From Xylella taiwanensis (GTDB taxonomy: Bacteria; Pseudomonadota; Gammaproteobacteria; Xanthomonadales; Xanthomonadaceae), in the NCBI RefSeq assembly GCF_013177435.1, contig NZ_CP053627.1:930001-962000 (forward strand): a stretch of DNA of 32,000 bases, written 5' to 3'. Of the stretch, positions 29,444 through 32,000 are shown piece by piece. Every line of letters begins with the position of its first letter. Position 1 is the stretch's first letter. The notes beneath the pieces were generated by a model. It made no database searches, was not told the origin of the DNA, and saw only the letters and a program-made list of their open reading frames with translations. Made by a program: the position numbers and the translations under genes.

Positions 29444-30679
29444 ATGAATCGTCGGGTTGTCGTTACTGGGATGGGGATTGTGTCGCCGCTGGGCAATGAT
29501 CTGATCACCAGTTGGGATGGCATCGTTCACGGACGTTCGGGTATCGGCCCCATCACCCAGATTGATGCTTCGAAATTCTCCACGCAGATTGCTGGTGAAA
29601 TCAAGGGATTCGATCCAATGAAGTTCGTATCCGCGAAGGATGTGAAGAAAATGGATTCCTTCATTTACTACGGTATCGGCGCAGCATTTATGGCGCTGGA
29701 TGATGCCGGTCTGGAGATTACCGAGACCAATGCCGAGCGCATTGGTGCGCTCATCGGTTCTGGTATTGGTGGTGTGTTTGGCATTGAGGAACAGGCCATC
29801 AGGCTTTATGAGGGGGGGCCACGCAAGATATCTCCGTTCTATGTGCCAGCGACGATCATCAACATGCTGCCAGGACAGTTGAGTATTTTGAAAGGCTTGA
29901 AAGGTCCGACGTTCTCGGCGGTATCTGCCTGTGCCACTTCAAATCATTCGATTGGCGTAGCAATGCGCATGATCCAGTATGGTGATGCCGATGTCATGCT
30001 GGCTGGTGGTTCTGAGCGTGCTTCTTCGCCAACTTCGATGGGTGGTTTTTGTGCGATGAAGGCGATGTCTACCCGTAACAACGATCCAACTCGTGCTTCG
30101 CGGCCGTGGGACAAGGATCGCGATGGCTTTGTGCTTGGCGACGGTGCTGGCATTCTGGTGCTAGAAGAGTATGAGTATGCTAAAGCGCGAGGTGCACGCA
30201 TCTATGCTGAACTGGCTGGTTTCGGTGCCAGTTCCGATGCCTACCATATGACGATGCCGGTCGAGGATGGTGAAGGTGCGGCGCGCTGTATGCGTTTAGC
30301 GATGAAGGATGCGAAGGTTACCCCGGAGCAGGTTGGCTATCTCAATGCACATGGCACCTCGACTCCTTTGGGGGATCTGGGTGAAACCAAGGCGATCAAG
30401 GCGGTACTGGGTAACGATGCCTACAGAGTGATGATCAGTTCGACCAAATCAATGACCGGGCATCTGCTCGGTGCGGCCGGTGGCGTGGAAGCAATCTTCT
30501 CAGTGATGGCGTTGCATACAGGCATCATTCCGCCGACGATCAATCTGGAGCATCCAGACGAAGGCTGTGACCTTGACTACGTGCCTCATGTGGCGCGTGA
30601 GGCCAAGTGTGACGTAGTAATTTCAAACGGTTTTGGTTTCGGTGGTACTAATGGCACGTTAGTGTTCAAGCGTATCTAA
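29444..30679 (+). CDS. fabF: 3-oxoacyl-ACP synthase II (KAS II)
   Basis: Start at ATG 29444 (RBS AGGAG 29432-29436), giving MNRRVVVTGMGIVSPLG. Motifs include the active-site Cys context SACATSNHSIG, HGTSTPLGD, GHLLGAAG and GFGFGGTNGTLVF. Confidence 0.95.
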   Translation: MNRRVVVTGMGIVSPLGNDLITSWDGIVHGRSGIGPITQIDASKFSTQIAGEIKGFDPMKFVSAKDVKKMDSFIYYGIGAAFMALDDAGLEITETNAERIGALIGSGIGGVFGIEEQAIRLYEGGPRKISPFYVPATIINMLPGQLSILKGLKGPTFSAVSACATSNHSIGVAMRMIQYGDADVMLAGGSERASSPTSMGGFCAMKAMSTRNNDPTRASRPWDKDRDGFVLGDGAGILVLEEYEYAKARGARIYAELAGFGASSDAYHMTMPVEDGEGAARCMRLAMKDAKVTPEQVGYLNAHGTSTPLGDLGETKAIKAVLGNDAYRVMISSTKSMTGHLLGAAGGVEAIFSVMALHTGIIPPTINLEHPDEGCDLDYVPHVAREAKCDVVISNGFGFGGTNGTLVFKRI

Positions 30680-30894
30680 TATTTGTCTCCGTGCCTTGCC
30701 AAGTGGGGAGGGGAGCATCCCTGAGTGATGCGCCTCTTAATAGGGTGTGCTGGGGTGTTTGTCTATACTTGTTCTGGGGACGTTCCAGCGGCATTCCTCC
30801 AATGGCATTGTGCGTTGTCATGTTCCGATGAAAGCAGGGAGACCTAAAATGCCTTCCCTATTCTTCGTGAATGATCTAAATCCAGCCTAGACCG

Positions 30895-32000
30895 ATGACG
30901 TTAACTCGATTCCTGCGTACCGATCCTGATTTGTTGTCCGTGCACCGACTGGCACCAGAACGCTATCCGGCGCTGTTTGAGTCTACTGCTTCTGGTACTC
31001 AGCAGAGTCGCTGGGATTTGTTGTTGCATACTGATGGTCGTTTCTTGCGTTTGGATTCAGATTATGTGACCCGCGATGCTCAAGGCAGAGCAATGTCTGG
31101 TGACTTTTTACAGGCACTGGATTCAGCTTGGAGAGCTGAGCCAGCGTCGCGTGATACTCGTGTGGATGTGCCGCCATTTCGTGGTGGTTGGGCGTTACTG
31201 CTGGACTATGAACTGGCTGGACAGATTGAACCGGTGTTGGCACTGCCGCCGCGTACCGATGGCTTGCCCATGGCGTTAGCGTTGCGTTGTCCGGCAGCGG
31301 TATTACGTGACCGCTGCAGCGGTATTTGTTTGGTTGTCGTTGAGTTGGGGAGTGAACATTTACTGGACGTGATCGAGGCGGATTTGGCTGCTGTTGCGTT
31401 GCTGCCGCCATTGCCGGCTTGGCGATCACCAATGGCAGTGACCGAGGATGAACCGTCACACTTTATTGCCAATGCAGATCGAGTGCTGGATTATCTTCGT
31501 GCGGGCGACGTGTTCCAGGCGAATATCTCACGTCTTTGGGAGGCTCGCTTTGCCACTGCACTTGATCCGGCAGCGTTGTACATGCAGTTGCGTGCCGCCA
31601 ATCCTGCGCCGTTCTCTGGATTGTTCGTGGCTCATGGCCGGGCCGTGGTGAGTTCCTCACCAGAGCGGTTGATCTCGGTGCAGGGCGAGCGCATTCAGAC
31701 TCGTCCGATTGCTGGTACCCGGCCACGCTTTGTTGGCGATGACGATGCTGCGCGCATCCGCGAACTGGTGAACCACCCTAAGGAGCGTGCTGAGCACGTG
31801 ATGTTGATTGACTTGGAGCGCAATGATTTAGGGAAGGTGTGTGTGCCTGGTACGGTTGAGGTTGATGAGTTGATGACGGTAGAAAGTTATGCGCATGTGC
31901 ATCATATCGTTAGCAATGTGCGTGGATGGTTGCGTATCGGGAGGACCCCAGGCGAGATCATTCGCGCCGTGTTTCCGGGCGGGACCATCACTGGTTGTCC
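30895..32000 (+). CDS. pabB: aminodeoxychorismate synthase component I (chorismate-binding enzyme), 3'-partial at window edge
   Basis: An open frame runs from ATG 30895 to the window end and is absent from the ORF track because it has no stop. Motifs are SPERLISV, IQTRPIAGTRPR, KERAEHVMLIDLERNDLGKV, YAHVHHIVSNV and FPGGTITGC. The position after fabF is typical for xanthomonads. Confidence 0.85.
   Translation, partial: MTLTRFLRTDPDLLSVHRLAPERYPALFESTASGTQQSRWDLLLHTDGRFLRLDSDYVTRDAQGRAMSGDFLQALDSAWRAEPASRDTRVDVPPFRGGWALLLDYELAGQIEPVLALPPRTDGLPMALALRCPAAVLRDRCSGICLVVVELGSEHLLDVIEADLAAVALLPPLPAWRSPMAVTEDEPSHFIANADRVLDYLRAGDVFQANISRLWEARFATALDPAALYMQLRAANPAPFSGLFVAHGRAVVSSSPERLISVQGERIQTRPIAGTRPRFVGDDDAARIRELVNHPKERAEHVMLIDLERNDLGKVCVPGTVEVDELMTVESYAHVHHIVSNVRGWLRIGRTPGEIIRAVFPGGTITGC

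Overview
The window looks like a chromosomal segment from a Xanthomonadaceae-type gammaproteobacterium. Protein signatures, roughly 50% GC and interspersed AT-rich islets suggest a Xylella-like organism, but the taxon is inference only. Intact housekeeping genes are bioH-bioF (minus), ctaA-ctaB heme A biosynthesis (plus), cca and slt (minus), psd (minus), aceE (minus), and fabD-fabG-acpP-fabF followed by a partial pabB (plus). Accessory genes that appear intact are an AHL-lactonase-like MBL hydrolase, a small cupin and a MarR regulator. The rest is decayed or ORF-poor DNA. (1) A visibly GC-richer island of about 4.5 kb (15451-19930) starts with one Tn3-family-type terminal inverted repeat. It has cut a sco (SCO1/SenC) gene just upstream of psd, and it ends in an abrupt fusion to the interior of an RTX/hemolysin-type Ca-binding gene remnant beside aceE. 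It carries broken resolvase, MFS, YdeI, SDR and epoxide hydrolase genes, and only marR is intact. (2) An AT-rich islet (about 12.8-14.1 kb) holds a degraded caspase-family (peptidase C14) gene. (3) A 3.4 kb stretch between aceE and fabD has no convincing gene. (4) Further ORF-less stretches lie at 2.46-3.34, 5.40-6.34, 7.18-7.69 and 10.97-12.29 kb. I found no tRNA, rRNA or CRISPR array, and no intact multi-gene system that I could call novel. The most unusual content is gene decay and mosaic composition. Pseudogene boundaries are approximate because all translation was done by eye.
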